DNA of 64,000 bases. Origin: Dehalococcoidia bacterium (GTDB lineage Bacteria; Chloroflexota; Dehalococcoidia; UBA2979). The notes beneath the pieces were generated by a model that did not search any database, was not told where the DNA came from, and saw only the letters and a program-made list of their open reading frames with translations. The stretch covers positions 736,001-800,000 of the forward strand of contig CAXXDN010000001.1 in assembly GCA_963667465.2 (NCBI GenBank). Direction: 5' to 3'. Position 1 is the stretch's first letter. Every line of letters begins with the position of its first letter. Made by a program: the position numbers and the translations under genes. Below are positions 38,773-51,976 of the stretch, one piece after another.

Positions 38773-39833
38773 ATGCTGCGCCTGCTGCCCTGGTCTCCCG
38801 AGTACGGCAGCGCCATGCAGGCCGACCCTGAGTCGTTCGACGGCGCGGACGAAGGCCTGCGAGCCGACACGTCCGTCGAGGGCGAGTGGCGCGCGCGGCG
38901 ACCCTCGGGCGAGCCGCCCGGCGCAGTGCAGATCGTCGACGGCGTGCGGCGCGTCGAGGCGCACGCCATCGACGACCTCGCGGACGGGGAGACGGCGTTC
39001 GGGCTGTTCGGCTCCTACGCCGTCGGCGCCGTGCGCTGCGAGGGCGCTCGCTCCTGGGTGCTCGACGGCGACGCGCCGGAGGGGGATCGGCTGCGTGTGT
39101 TCCGCGTCTACCTGCAGGGCGGCGGCGAGCCGCGCGACCAGGAAGTCGCGGCGGGCGCGCTGCGGTTGCGCTTCCGCGCGCGCGTCGAGAACAGCGCGCG
39201 CACCTCGAATCAGCTGGCCGACGTGCTCCAGCGCTCGATGCTCGATGCGGAGGCGCAGCTTGCCGAGGCGCTCGCCGAGGACGAGAGCGCGCTCACGATC
39301 GTGGACGGGCCGCTGCGGCTGCGCTCCGTCGAGCAGCGCGTGGCGGGCTACATCAAGCGCATCCAGTCCTGGTACATCGGCGCGCACGAGTTCCCGCTCC
39401 TCGGCGAGCTTGCGGTGGGCGAGCGCACGTCGCTGTTCCGGATCCCCGGCGGCGGCGAGGCGGGCAGCCGCGGCCGCCCCGATCGCTACGCCTGGTACCT
39501 GCGGATCGCCGACCTGGGGCCGCACTACCACCAGCTGTCCGGCATCGTGCGCCTCGAGGCGCCCGGCGCGCTGCCGCTCGGTGCTGCGGCGCGGCTGGCC
39601 GACGAGTGTGCGCTGGCGCTGCCGCGGCTCGCCTCCTCGCCGGTGCGCGATCCGCGCGCACCGCAGAACCTGACGCCCGTCGGCGCGCTCGAGTCGCTGC
39701 TGACGCGGCGGCTCGGCGAGCGCGAGTGGGTGCGACGGCTGATCGCGAGCGCGCTGCGCGCCGTACCCGAACCCCTCGATCCAGCCCCGCCCGGGGATGC
39801 GCTGCTCTCCGCGAACGGCGCCGGAGGTGCGCG

Positions 39834-39840
<7 letters not shown>
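38773..39840 (+). CDS. nurA: NurA-like nuclease
   Basis: IVDGVRRVEA, IVDGPL, GYIK, GERT.LF, DPRAPQNL.PVGALE; first gene of the operon. Confidence 0.75.
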
Positions 39841-41524
<1,684 letters not shown>

Positions 41525-41528
<4 letters not shown>

Positions 41529-42739
41529 GGCTGCTGCACACCGCCGACTGGCATGTCGGCCGCACGATGCGCGGCCGCAGCCGCACGGCCGAGTTCGAGG
41601 CGGTGCTGGCCGAGCTCATCGCGATCGCGCGCGACGAGGAGGTCGAGGCGCTGCTCGTCTGCGGCGACATCTGGGACAAGGCGACGCCCTCGCCGGAATC
41701 GGATCGGCTGGTCTTCGAGGCGCTGCGCGAGTGTGTGGGGCACGGCATCCAGGCCGTGCTGCTCGCCGGCAACCACGACAATCCGCGCAAGCTCGAGGCG
41801 CTGGGCCTGCTCTCCGAGCTGCTCGGCGTGCAGACCCAGCACGAGGTGCTGCGGCCCAACGCCGGGGGCGTGCTGACCATCGAGGGCCGCGAGCACGTCG
41901 CCCGGATCGCCGCCGTGCCCTTCATCACCGAGGGCCGCTACGTGGACGCGGCGGCCGTGATGGGCCTGCAGGAGGACTGGTGGGGCGCCTACGCGGACGG
42001 CGTCACGGGCATCCTGCGCGCGATCTGCGACGGGTTCGGCGACGAGCCCGCCGTCAACATCCTCGCGACGCACATCTTCGTCGACGGCTCACGCGTCGCG
42101 CGGGTCGATGGCTCCGAGCGCCTGCTGCACATCGGGCAGACCTATGGGATCAACGCGCCGCAGCTGCCGATCACGCCGCAGTACATCGCGCTCGGCCACG
42201 TGCACGAGCCACAGGAGATCCTCGCGGCGCCCGTGCCGACGGCCTACAGCGGCTCGTTGCTGCAACTCGACTTCGGCGAGCGCGGGCAGCAGAAGGTCGT
42301 GCGCATCATCGACGCCGTGCCAGGGCAGCCGGTGACGCACACGGCCGTGCCGCTCAGCAAGGGCCGCCCGCTCGCCGAGCTGCGCGGCAGCGTCGACGAG
42401 GTGCTGGCACAAGCCGGCGACCATCGTGAGACGCACCTGCGCGTGTACCTCGATGTCGAGCGGCCGGAGCCCGGCATCGCCGACCGTGTGCGCGAGGCGC
42501 TGCCCAACGCCGTCGACGTGCAGCTTGACTACGAGCCCGCGGAGGACGAGGGGGCGGTCGAGGCGTTCGGCCAGCTCAGCGCCGCCGAGCTGTTCACCCG
42601 CTACTACCTCGCGCAGCACGGCGCGGAGCCCGTCCCGGAGCTGCTTGCCCTGTTCCAGGAGCTGCTCGCGGAGGTCGACGACGTGCAGACGGCGGAAGCG
42701 GCCGGCGAGCCGCCCGCCCAGGCGGCGGTCGTGCCATGA
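41525..42739 (+). CDS. sbcD: SbcD/Mre11 nuclease
   Basis: HTADWHVG, GDIWD, AGNHD, YIALGHVH, YSGS. Confidence 0.93.
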
Positions 42740-45700
42740 GACCGCTGCGCCTCGAGCTGCGGGGCTTCACCTCGTTCCGCGATACGGCGGTCGTGGACTT
42801 CGAGGACCGCCGGCTGTTCGCGATCACCGGTCCGACGGGAGCGGGCAAGTCCTCGCTGCTCGACGCGATCACCTGGGCGCTCTACGGTGAGGCGCCGCGC
42901 GTGGGAAGAGCGGCGCTCCAGCTGATCACGCACGGCGCGCGCTCGATGGCGGTGCTGTTCGAGTTCCGCGCGCGCGGGCAGCGTTACCGCGTGAGCCGGC
43001 AGGCGCCGAGCAGCACCGGCACACGCCTCGAACGGCAGCGCGTGGACGGCGAGTGGGAGCCACTGGCCGACCGCGCCCGCGAGGTCACCTCGCGCGTCAC
43101 GGAGCTGCTCGGGCTCGATTTCGCGACGTTCACGAAGACGGTGCTGCTGCCGCAGGGCGAGTTCGATGCGTTCCTGCGGGGGGAGGCGAGGCAGCGCAGC
43201 GACATCCTTGCCGAGTTGCTCGGCCTCGGACGCTACGAGGAGGCCGGCCGCGCGGCGCGCAACCGCTCCGCGGGCGCGAGCGAGGCGGCGCGCACGCTGC
43301 GCGAGCAGATCGAGCGCCTCGAAGCGGCCACGCCGGAGGCGATCGCCGGCCTCGAACGGGAGCACGACGTGCTGGCCGCACAGGTCGCAGCGCTCGAGGC
43401 GCGCAGTGGCCTGCTGGAGGCGCTGGAGCGGGAGGCGCGCGCGAGCACCGAGGCTGCTGCGGCGGCCGAGCGCGCCGCGGAAACCGGTGCGGAAGCCGCA
43501 CGCGGATCCGAGGCGGCGCGAAACGCCCTCGCCAAAGCGGAGCAGGACTGCGAGCGCGTGCAGGCGGTGCACGATCGTCTCGAGGCGGAACGCGCTGCCC
43601 TCGGCTACGACGAGCAGGCGCACCGCGACCTCGAACGTCAGGCCGTGCTGCTGGAGCAGCGCGCGGCCGCGACGCGCGCCGTCGGCGCCGCCGAGGCGGA
43701 GCAGCACGCGGCGATCGAGGCTGGCGAGGAGGCCTCGGAGCGGGCGGCGGTCCTCCAGACAGAGACGGAGCAGGCGGAGGCCGCGCGCGCGGCGGCGGAC
43801 GAGGTGCAGCAGACCGCGTGGGACGCTCTCGCGGCCGCGGCCGCGGCCGCGCTGGCCACCGAACGGGCACTCGGCGAGCAGGCGAACGCGTCGGACGAGG
43901 AGCGCGCTGTCGCCGAGGACGCCGCCCTCGCGCGTGCGGAGGAGGCGCGACAGCTCACCGCGCTCGCCGAGCGCCTGAACGAACAGCGCGAGGCAATCGT
44001 TGCCGCCGAGCGCGAGCAGCAGGAGGTGCATGAGTGGCACGAGGCTGCCGCCGGCGCCTCGAAAGCCGCTGAGGCGCTGCTGCGTGGCGCCGAGCAGGCG
44101 CACGCCGGTCGCGCCGGGGCGCTCGAGGTGGCCCAGCGCCAGGACGCGGCGCTCACGCTTCAGCGATCGCTGAAGCCGGGTGACCCGTGCCCCGTCTGCG
44201 GCGAGCCGATCGAACAGATCGAGTTGCACGCCGCCCCCGAACTCGACGAGGCGCGCGCGGCGCTCGATGCGGCGGAGGCGGTGCTGGTGGAGGCGCGCGG
44301 GGAGCACGCGACAGCCTCGACGGCCCTCGCGGCGGCGAAGGTGCGGGCCGCGCAGACAGGGGAGGTGCAGGAGCGTGCGCAGGCAGCGCTCGCCGAGCTG
44401 CGCGAGGAGGCTGCACAGGCAGGCGCCGATCCGGAGGCCGTCGACGAGGCCGTTGCCGCGGCCGGGACGGCCGCGGAGGCGGAGCGCGCCCGGGCAGCTG
44501 CCGCCGCCGCCGCTCGCGATCACGCCTCCGAGGCGGGACGGGCGCTGGCGCTGCTGCGCGCCTCGATCGGCGAGGCGATCGGCGACGAGGAGGCGGGCGA
44601 GGCGGGCGAGCCGGAGGCCGTGCAGGCCGCCCTCGACGCGGCGATCGGGCAGCAGCGCGCGGCGAGCGCCGCTGCCGAGGGCGCCCGCGAGGCCGCGCGC
44701 CAGGCGGCCGATCGCGCCCGTGAGGGAGCCTCGAACGTGACGCGCGCGCAGGAGCGCTGCGAGCGGGCCGAGGCCGCCCTGGCGCGTGCGCGCGAGCAGC
44801 TCGCCGCGCTCGGCGGCGAGGACGCGGACCCGGAAGCCATCCGCGCCGCGCTCGCCACGGCGAAGCAGCAGGCCGCGCGCCATCGCGCGCTCGAGACGTC
44901 GCTGCGCGAGGCCGGCCAGGCCCTCGCCGGCGCCGGTGCGACCCGCGACGCGGCTCGCGAGGCGCTCACCCGAGCGGACGCTGCCGGCGCGCGCCTCGAG
45001 GGTGAGCTCGCTGGAGCGCGCGCGGCGGCGGACGAGGCGGGGGCGCGTTTCGCGGAGGCGTGGACGGCGGCGCAGGCGGACGGGGAGCCCTCGGCGGAGC
45101 GCGTGCCCGCGCTGCTCGCCGCGCACCGCGCCGCGCACGCCGAGTGCGCACGGGATCAGGCCCTGGCAGCGCAGCGGCTGGAGCGGGCGCGTGCGGATGC
45201 GGAGCGCGCGCTCGGGCTGCAGGCCGAGGTGGAGGACTACGACGGTCGCGCGCAGCTCTCGGACGCCCTCGCGCAGGAGTTGCGGCGCAACCGCTTCATC
45301 GCCTACGTGCAGCGAGAGGCGATGCAGCTGCTGGCGGCCGATGCCGCGGAGCGGCTGCTCGCGCTCTCCAGCGGCCGCTACCGGCTGGTCGCCGAGGGCG
45401 ACGCATTCTCGGTGATCGACAAGCTGAACGGCGACGAGCGGCGCTCGGTCAAGACGCTCTCCGGAGGCGAGACCTTCCTCGCCAGCCTCGCGCTGGCGCT
45501 GGCCCTCTCCGAGCGGCTGCCCGAGATCGCCGGGCACGGCGGCGCGATGTCGCTCGAGTCGCTGTTCCTCGACGAAGGCTTCGGCTCGCTCGACCAGGAT
45601 TCGCTCGACACCGCGATCGGGGGCCTCGAGGCGCTCGCGGGCGGGCGGCGGCTGGTCGGCGTGATCTCGCACGTGCCCGAGGTCGCCGAGCGCCTGTCCG

Positions 45701-45801
45701 ACCGCATCGAGGTGGTGCGCAGCGGCGCGGTGAGCACGATCCGCGATTCGCGTGCGTCCAGCGCGAGGGAAGCCCTCGAGGCGGTCGAGCAGCCGGTCTA
45801 G
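42736..45801 (+). CDS. sbcC: SbcC/Rad50 SMC-type ATPase
   Basis: [12 protein letters not shown] zinc hook, coiled coils, [19 protein letters not shown]. Confidence 0.93.
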   Translation: MRPLRLELRGFTSFRDTAVVDFEDRRLFAITGPTGAGKSSLLDAITWALYGEAPRVGRAALQLITHGARSMAVLFEFRARGQRYRVSRQAPSSTGTRLERQRVDGEWEPLADRAREVTSRVTELLGLDFATFTKTVLLPQGEFDAFLRGEARQRSDILAELLGLGRYEEAGRAARNRSAGASEAARTLREQIERLEAATPEAIAGLEREHDVLAAQVAALEARSGLLEALEREARASTEAAAAAERAAETGAEAARGSEAARNALAKAEQDCERVQAVHDRLEAERAALGYDEQAHRDLERQAVLLEQRAAATRAVGAAEAEQHAAIEAGEEASERAAVLQTETEQAEAARAAADEVQQTAWDALAAAAAAALATERALGEQANASDEERAVAEDAALARAEEARQLTALAERLNEQREAIVAAEREQQEVHEWHEAAAGASKAAEALLRGAEQAHAGRAGALEVAQRQDAALTLQRSLKPGDPCPVCGEPIEQIELHAAPELDEARAALDAAEAVLVEARGEHATASTALAAAKVRAAQTGEVQERAQAALAELREEAAQAGADPEAVDEAVAAAGTAAEAERARAAAAAAARDHASEAGRALALLRASIGEAIGDEEAGEAGEPEAVQAALDAAIGQQRAASAAAEGAREAARQAADRAREGASNVTRAQERCERAEAALARAREQLAALGGEDADPEAIRAALATAKQQAARHRALETSLREAGQALAGAGATRDAAREALTRADAAGARLEGELAGARAAADEAGARFAEAWTAAQADGEPSAERVPALLAAHRAAHAECARDQALAAQRLERARADAERALGLQAEVEDYDGRAQLSDALAQELRRNRFIAYVQREAMQLLAADAAERLLALSSGRYRLVAEGDAFSVIDKLNGDERRSVKTLSGGETFLASLALALALSERLPEIAGHGGAMSLESLFLDEGFGSLDQDSLDTAIGGLEALAGGRRLVGVISHVPEVAERLSDRIEVVRSGAVSTIRDSRASSAREALEAVEQPV

Positions 45802-46229
45802 GCGTCGCTGCGCCCGCGGCGGCCGCGCTGCAGGACGTGGGCGAGCAGCGAGACAAGCGAGACGATCAGTGAGCCGAACAGCGCCGACCAGAAGCCCTCG
45901 ATGCTGAAGGCCAGGCCGAGTTGCCCGCAGATCCAGGCCGTGGCGGCCAGCAGGCCCGCGTGGATCACGAAGATGAAGAGCCCGAGCGTCAGCACAATCA
46001 GGCAGGCCGAGGCGAGATAGGCGAGCGGCCGGACGAAGGCGTTCAGCAGCCCGAAGATCGCCGTCGCCGCCGCCAGCGAGGCCACGTCGCCGACCTGGAT
46101 GCCGGGCACGAGCCCGGCGGCGAGCCAGAGGCCCGCCGCGTGCACGACGAAGCGCACGAGGATCTCGCGCGGCGAGCGCGGCGCCGAGCCGCCGAAGTCG
46201 AAGACCCGTACGCGGATGTCTCGTCTCAT
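45798..46229 (-). CDS. Phage holin family IV (YvlD-like) membrane protein
   Basis: GLLNAFVRP...LTLGLF.FVI...GFWSALFGSLIVS. Confidence 0.82.
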   Translation of the reverse strand: MRRDIRVRVFDFGGSAPRSPREILVRFVVHAAGLWLAAGLVPGIQVGDVASLAAATAIFGLLNAFVRPLAYLASACLIVLTLGLFIFVIHAGLLAATAWICGQLGLAFSIEGFWSALFGSLIVSLVSLLAHVLQRGRRGRSDA

Positions 46230-46354
46230 CTGGCTCGGCTCATCTGGCTCGACTCATCTGGCTCGGCTCATCTGGCTCGACTCATCTGGCTCGTCTCAAC
46301 TAGCTCGTCTCAACTGGCTCGTCTCATCTGGCCCGACTCACCTGGCTCGTCTCA
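46225..46354. repeat. 9 x 14-bp tandem repeat CTCATCTGGCTCG(G/A/T)
   Basis: Units every 14 bp from 46225 to 46350. Confidence 0.9.
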
Positions 46355-46362
46355 CGCCGGCC

Positions 46363-47673
46363 TTACTCCGTACCGTCCGCCGCGAGCGCGCGGATGCGCT
46401 CCTCGTCGGCGGGGACGCGCGCATCCTCGGCGGCCCCGATGCGGCGCGAGTAGAGCACGACGATGGCGACCAGGACGGCGCCCGCGGCGCCCTCGGCGAT
46501 CAGCGCGCCGCGCACGCCGATCGCGTCGGCGAGCGCCCCGATTGGGAGCGAGATGAAGCCGAGGAAGCTGAAGCTGGAGACGATCAGCGCCTGCACGCGG
46601 CCATCGTAGCGGCGGTGCGAGTAGGCCATGCCGAGCCCCAGCACGAAGGAGATGTAGCCCATCTCGACGGCGCCGAGCAGCACGATGATCACCAGCGCGA
46701 TCGGGAAGGTCGGAGCAAGGCCGAAGGCGATGACGGCCAGCCCGAACAGGAACGAGGTTCCGAGGAAGAGGTGCCAGGCCACGGGACGATGCACGACCGC
46801 CGCCGCCCAGATGGTGACGCCGATCGCGCCGACGGAGGATGCAGACGTGATCGCGCCCAGCTCGAAGGAGTCGCGCCCAAAGACATCGATCACCATCCCC
46901 GGCAGCAGCACGAAGTAGGGGATCGAGGTCAGGGCCACGCAGTACGCCGTGATCACGGTGACGAGCAGCGCGGGCCGCCCTCGTACGTAGCGGAGGCCCG
47001 CGGTGAGGGTGCCGAAGAAGGAGTCGCGCGACTGCTCCTCGCTGCGAAACTCGCCGGGCACGCGGAAGGTCAGCCAGGCGGCGACGCCGTAGCAGAGGGC
47101 GACGAGCAGGAAGACCCCGCCGGCGCCGAGCAGCGTGCCGACCAGCCAGCCGCCGCCGATCGGCCCGAGGATGCGCCCCACGCCCATCGCGCCCTGCTGC
47201 AGCACCACACCGCGGCCCGCGCCCTGCGCGCCGAGCAACTGCCCGGTCATCGCCTGCCGCGAGGGCACGAGGAAGGCGACGGAGAAGCCCTCGACCAGGG
47301 ACTGGGAGAAGAGCATCCAGTACTCCAGCAGTCCGCTCAGCGTGACCACCCCGAGCAGCAGCGCCTGCGTCATGAGCAGCACCTGCGCGGCCGAGAGCAC
47401 CGACTTGCGCGAGAGACGGTCCGTGATCACGCCCGCCCCGATCATCGTGGGAAACAACGCGATCCCGAAGGCGAAGAGCTGCGCGGCGACGGCGGTGTTG
47501 GATCCGGTCAGGTCGAACGCGAGAAAGGCGCGCACGACGCCCGCCGTCATCATCCCGAGGAACTGGATCAGCGTTGCCGTCCAGAGCTGCCGGTAGGCGC
47601 CGCTGGCGAGCGGCGAGAGGGCGCCGCGACTCCACCTGCTCCCGGATTGGGCGTCCGAAGGCTGCGCGCTCAT
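46363..47673 (-). CDS. MFS transporter (H+ antiporter-3/EntS-like)
   Basis: AGVITDRLSRK, PSRQA, GLRYVR; about 12 TM segments. Confidence 0.85.
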   Translation of the reverse strand: MSAQPSDAQSGSRWSRGALSPLASGAYRQLWTATLIQFLGMMTAGVVRAFLAFDLTGSNTAVAAQLFAFGIALFPTMIGAGVITDRLSRKSVLSAAQVLLMTQALLLGVVTLSGLLEYWMLFSQSLVEGFSVAFLVPSRQAMTGQLLGAQGAGRGVVLQQGAMGVGRILGPIGGGWLVGTLLGAGGVFLLVALCYGVAAWLTFRVPGEFRSEEQSRDSFFGTLTAGLRYVRGRPALLVTVITAYCVALTSIPYFVLLPGMVIDVFGRDSFELGAITSASSVGAIGVTIWAAAVVHRPVAWHLFLGTSFLFGLAVIAFGLAPTFPIALVIIVLLGAVEMGYISFVLGLGMAYSHRRYDGRVQALIVSSFSFLGFISLPIGALADAIGVRGALIAEGAAGAVLVAIVVLYSRRIGAAEDARVPADEERIRALAADGTE

Positions 47674-47743
47674 CGGCGCGGGGCGGCGCGGTTGCGGTGG
47701 GCTGCCATCAGGCGGTCACGCTACGCCCCACCCGGCCCTGCGG

Positions 47744-48802
47744 CTACAGCTCGACGAGCGCGACCGCGCGTCCCTCGGACCAGCTGCGCCAGACGGCTTC
47801 GGTGAACTGCATGTAGCGGACGCCGTCCTCGAAGCTGGTCAGTTCGACGGGCGCGCCCTCGCGGATCGAGGCAACGAAGTCGGCCTCGACGTTCCAGGCG
47901 CCTGCCGTGCCGGGGTCCGGCTCGAGGGGTTGCGGTTCCTCGCCGCGCGGGGCGAGCGTCATGCGGTCGCCGGCCTGCGTCCAGTGCAGGGTGGCGGCGC
48001 TGCCGTAGAGCGAGATGCCGTTGGCGGCGGCGGGGGCGTGCGTGAGCGCGCTCAGCTGGTAACTGACACGCGCGCCGCTGGCCATGCCGGCGAAGACGCC
48101 GAGGCTGTCGGGAATCCCGATCGCGTAGTCCTCGCCGCTTTCGGGGTCGCGCCGCGAGGTGACGAAGGTGGCGGCGTCGGCGACGACGCGCTCGGTGGGG
48201 CCGAGCCAGCGCTGCACGGTCTCGGCGAAGATGCCGAGCATCATCGTGTTGCGGCCGGAGTACTCGCTGCGCTCCCGCCAGTGCAGCGGCGTGGCGGGGT
48301 CGAGTGCGCCGCCGCCGAGCACCGTGACGTGCGCCTCGCGCAGCTCGCCGAGCGCCCCCTCGGCAAGCAGGCGGCGGATCGTGCGCCAGCTCGCGAGGTC
48401 GAACGGCGCCGGCACGAGCTGCGCCACGCGGTCGGGCCGCGCCTGCGCGGCGGCCAGCATCTCGCGCGCCTCGGCGGCGTCCATCGCCATGCGCGCCTCG
48501 CAGAGCACGTGCTTGCCCGCCTCGAGCGCGCGCACGCTGTACTCGCGGTGGCGGTAGGGCCAGGTGCCGATGCAGATCGCGTCGATCTCCGGGTCGTCGA
48601 AGATCGCCGCCGGGTCCTCGTCGACGCGGGCGATGCCGAACTCGTCGGCGACGCGCTGCCCGCTCTCGCGTGAGCGGTTGCAGACGGCGGCCAGCTCGAC
48701 GCCCTCGATCGCCTGGAAGCCGGGGATGTGGCGGGAGCGGGTGTTCGCGCCTGCGCCGATGAAGCCGATGCGCAGTGTGCCCCCGGTGCTGTCAGTAGCC
48801 AT
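47744..48802 (-). CDS. Gfo/Idh/MocA oxidoreductase
   Basis: IGFIGAG, IDAICIGT, ALEAGKHVLCEARMA. Confidence 0.9.
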   Translation of the reverse strand: MATDSTGGTLRIGFIGAGANTRSRHIPGFQAIEGVELAAVCNRSRESGQRVADEFGIARVDEDPAAIFDDPEIDAICIGTWPYRHREYSVRALEAGKHVLCEARMAMDAAEAREMLAAAQARPDRVAQLVPAPFDLASWRTIRRLLAEGALGELREAHVTVLGGGALDPATPLHWRERSEYSGRNTMMLGIFAETVQRWLGPTERVVADAATFVTSRRDPESGEDYAIGIPDSLGVFAGMASGARVSYQLSALTHAPAAANGISLYGSAATLHWTQAGDRMTLAPRGEEPQPLEPDPGTAGAWNVEADFVASIREGAPVELTSFEDGVRYMQFTEAVWRSWSEGRAVALVEL

Positions 48803-48927
48803 GCTCGCCTCCTCGGGCCACCGCCCGCTTGCTTGCGGCAGGGCGGCGGCGGCCAGCGTATCCTCTGCGTGCGAGCGGCAGCGCGCCAGACGCAGCGCGA
48901 CGCTCGCCATCGAGGGTGGAGCCCGGC

Positions 48928-49743
48928 ATGACGCTGCAGCGCGGCGGCGAGCAGCCCCAGGCGGAGGTCACGGCGCTGCTTCGCGCCGTCGGTCAGTTGC
49001 TGGTCGCCATCTCCGGCGACGAGGCCGCCCCGGCTTCGCAGGCCGAGCCGCCGCCGCGGACGGCGCCCTCGATGGACGAGATCGAGCAGATCCTCGCCGA
49101 TGCCCGCGCACGTGCGCAGCAGCTCATCGACGAGTCGTTCGCCGACGCGCGGGAGCAAATCGAGGCTCTCGCTGCCCCGGACGCCCCGCCCGGGCAGCCG
49201 CCGCCCGCCGAGGAGCCGGCCGGAGCGCTGGGCGAGAAGCTCCGCTCCCTGCAGGAGCTGCTCGGCGACATCGACGCGCTGCAGCAGGCCCAGGCCGGGG
49301 AGCCTGCCCCGCCGGAGCCCGAAGCGCCGGAACCGGCAGCAGCGAGGGACGCAGCGGCGGCGGCCTCGGAGGAGCCGGAAGCGCAGGCCGAGCCCGCCGC
49401 GGATGCCGGCGCGGAACGTGTGGAGGCCGTGGCGTGGAGCGATGACGGGGCCGAGGCGGGCGGCGTCTTCCAGCCGGAGGGCGGCTCGGTGCTGCTGCGA
49501 GTGACGCCCGTCGAGGGGTTCCAGGGCCTGCTGCGCGTGCAGGGGGCGCTCGCACAACTCGGCGGCGTGCGCCAGGCCTTCGTCGAGGGCTACGCCGAGG
49601 GCGAGGCACAGTTGCGGCTCACGTTCGACGCAGCGCTCGCCGCCGAGGCGCTCGGGGCGGCCCTCGGCGAGCGTCTCGGCGTGCGCGTGGAGGCGGCGGA
49701 CGTCTCCGAGGCCGAGCGCAGCCTGCGCTTCGAACTGCGGTAG
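48928..49743 (+). CDS. Hypothetical protein, N-terminal coiled coil plus small C-terminal alpha/beta domain
   Basis: EQILADARARAQQLIDE heptads; host-like codon usage; directly upstream of recF. Confidence 0.65.
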   Translation: MTLQRGGEQPQAEVTALLRAVGQLLVAISGDEAAPASQAEPPPRTAPSMDEIEQILADARARAQQLIDESFADAREQIEALAAPDAPPGQPPPAEEPAGALGEKLRSLQELLGDIDALQQAQAGEPAPPEPEAPEPAAARDAAAAASEEPEAQAEPAADAGAERVEAVAWSDDGAEAGGVFQPEGGSVLLRVTPVEGFQGLLRVQGALAQLGGVRQAFVEGYAEGEAQLRLTFDAALAAEALGAALGERLGVRVEAADVSEAERSLRFELR

Positions 49744-49762
49744 CCCGCCCACAGGGCGCCCG

Positions 49763-50968
49763 ATGCACCTCGAACGCCTCACGCTCGCCAACGTCCGCAC
49801 CTTCCGCGACCTCGATCTCTCGCTGGAGCCCGGCGCCTACGTAGTCAGCGGGCCGAACGCGAGCGGCAAGAGCAACCTGCTGGAGGCGATCACGCTGCTG
49901 GCGACCGCGCGCAGCGCGCGGGCGCGCGCCGACATTGAGCTGATCGCACGGGAGGCGTTGCGCGACGACCCGCTGCCCGCCGCACGTCTGGTCGCCGAGG
50001 TGTCGACGGCGAGAGGTTCGGTCGCCGCCGAGCTTGCGGTGACGGTGCGCGAGGGATCAGCGGCGGACGGCCGCCCGGCGGCGACGGGACGGCGCTTCCG
50101 CGTCAACGGGGTCGCGAGGCGCGCCTCGGACCTGATCGGCCAGCTGCGCGTCGTGCCGTTCTCCGCCGACGACCTGCAGATCATCGCCGGGTCGCCGGGT
50201 CAGCGCCGCCGCTACCTGGACATCACGATCTCACAGCTGGACGTGCGCTACGTGCGCGCGCTGCAGCGCTACCAGCGCGTGCTGACGCAGCGCAACGGGC
50301 TGTTGCGACGGCTACAGGAGCGGCGCGGCCGGGGCGCCGACGAGCTCGAGTTCTGGGACGGCGAGCTGGCGGCGGCCGGCGGCGTGATCCTCGCCGGGCG
50401 CGCGGCGGCGCTGGCCGCACTCGCCGCGGGCGCCGCCGCGCGCTGGGAGCAACTCGCGCCCTCCTCGCCGCCGCTCGAGGTGCGCTACCAGCCACGGCTG
50501 CCGCCGGAGCAGGCCGCGGCGGTCCCGGACGGCGGGCCCGGCGGCGCGGAGGACGCCACCGGGGCCGCGCAGTCCGCGCTGCTCGAGACGCTGCTGGCGC
50601 GCCGCGGCGACGACATCGCCGCGGGCATGACGCGCAGCGGGCCGCATCGCGACGATGTGCACTTCGCCATCGGCGAGGGCGAGGCGGGCGCGTTCGCCTC
50701 GCGCGGCGAGCAGCGCACGCTGGCCCTCGCGCTGCGGCTGGCCGAGGTTGCGCTCTCGCACGAGCGCACGGGCGACCCGCCGCTGCTGCTGCTCGACGAC
50801 ATCCTCTCGGAGCTGGACGCGGCGCGCCGCGAGCGCGTGCTGGCCGCCGCCTACGGCGTCGACCAGGTCGTCATCACCACGCCCGACCCGGACCGCCCCG
50901 GCGCCGACGAGTTGCCCGACGCGCGCCGCTACCGCATCGAGGACGGCGCGCTGCGCGCGGGCGACTGA
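49763..50968 (+). CDS. recF: DNA replication/repair protein RecF
   Basis: GPNASGKSNLLEAI, RRRYLD, QRN.LL, GPHRDD, SRGEQR, LLLDDILSELD. Confidence 0.95.
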   Translation: MHLERLTLANVRTFRDLDLSLEPGAYVVSGPNASGKSNLLEAITLLATARSARARADIELIAREALRDDPLPAARLVAEVSTARGSVAAELAVTVREGSAADGRPAATGRRFRVNGVARRASDLIGQLRVVPFSADDLQIIAGSPGQRRRYLDITISQLDVRYVRALQRYQRVLTQRNGLLRRLQERRGRGADELEFWDGELAAAGGVILAGRAAALAALAAGAAARWEQLAPSSPPLEVRYQPRLPPEQAAAVPDGGPGGAEDATGAAQSALLETLLARRGDDIAAGMTRSGPHRDDVHFAIGEGEAGAFASRGEQRTLALALRLAEVALSHERTGDPPLLLLDDILSELDAARRERVLAAAYGVDQVVITTPDPDRPGADELPDARRYRIEDGALRAGD

Positions 50969-50995
50969 ACTGCGAGGTCTCGAGGGGTGCCCTGA

Positions 50996-51976
50996 CTACT
51001 CGCCGAGCAGCCCGTGCGGTCGCGGCGCGATCAGCACCTCGAGCGCCCTCGGCTCGACAGTGAGCGTGAGCGGCGTCGCGCCGAGGTACTCGCCGTCTGC
51101 CTGCACCGCGAGCGGGGTCTCCGGCTCGATGCGGATGGTTGCGCCGCGCCGGTAGTCGGCGGAGCCGCCGAGCAGCGGCGCGAGCGGGCCCCGGATGCCC
51201 CGCCCGAGGGCGCGCGGGATGGTCCGCGCGCCGAGCGAGAGGCGCGAGGCGAGACTGCCGCCGCAGAACGCCACGAGGTCCAGCAGGCCGTCGTCGGCGC
51301 GGGCGTCGCCCGTGAGCCGCGCGACGCCGCCGTAGAGTCGCGTGTTGCCGGCGATGGCGAAGAGCAGCGAGCGCTCGATCGGCGCCTCCTCGGGCCCCTC
51401 GATGGCGATGCGTGTGTGCGCCGCCGGCGCGCGCAGCAGGCGTTCCGTGCCGCGCAGTCCGTACGGAACCGGGCCGAGCCAGCGTTTGGCCCAGCCACCC
51501 CCGCCGATGCGCTGCACGACCGCGGCGTCCAGTCCGGTGCTGCACATCAGCAGGAATCTGCGCTCCTCGCGCTCCCCGCCGGGCCCCTCGAACCCGGCGC
51601 GGCCGAGGTCGATGCGGACCCGGCGTGCGCCCTCGATCCAGGCGAGTGCGCGGGCGGAGTTGCGCGGGATGCCGGCCTCCCGCGCCCAGACGTTGCCGGT
51701 GCCTGCGGGGACGGCGGCAAGCGCCGTCTCGCTGCCCGCGAGGCCGTTCATCGCCTCGTGGATGGTCCCGTCGCCGCCTGCCGCGACGAGCAGCTCGACG
51801 CCGTCGCTCGCCGCCGAGGCGGCGAGCTCGCGTGCGTGGCCGGGCGCCGAGGTGCTGCGCAGGTCGATCGCCACGCCTTGCGCGCGAAGCGGCTCGGCAG
51901 CCTCGCGCAGGGCGGCCTCCGAGGGCGCGCGGCGGGCGCGCGGGTTACGGACGATCAGCAAGCTGCCGGGTAGCAC
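50996..51976 (-). CDS. Diacylglycerol kinase family lipid kinase (YegS/DagK-like)
   Basis: NP, GGDGTIHE, PAGTGN, DDGLLD, QADGE. Confidence 0.9.
   Translation of the reverse strand: MLPGSLLIVRNPRARRAPSEAALREAAEPLRAQGVAIDLRSTSAPGHARELAASAASDGVELLVAAGGDGTIHEAMNGLAGSETALAAVPAGTGNVWAREAGIPRNSARALAWIEGARRVRIDLGRAGFEGPGGEREERRFLLMCSTGLDAAVVQRIGGGGWAKRWLGPVPYGLRGTERLLRAPAAHTRIAIEGPEEAPIERSLLFAIAGNTRLYGGVARLTGDARADDGLLDLVAFCGGSLASRLSLGARTIPRALGRGIRGPLAPLLGGSADYRRGATIRIEPETPLAVQADGEYLGATPLTLTVEPRALEVLIAPRPHGLLGE

Noticed and set aside
45798-46229. Prophage suggested by the holin-family gene
   Set aside because: YvlD-like holin IV genes are common in chromosomes; no other phage genes or integrase are present.
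46225-46354. Possible CRISPR array or plasmid iteron origin
   Set aside because: Contiguous 14-bp units without spacers; no rep gene or AT-rich unwinding region nearby.
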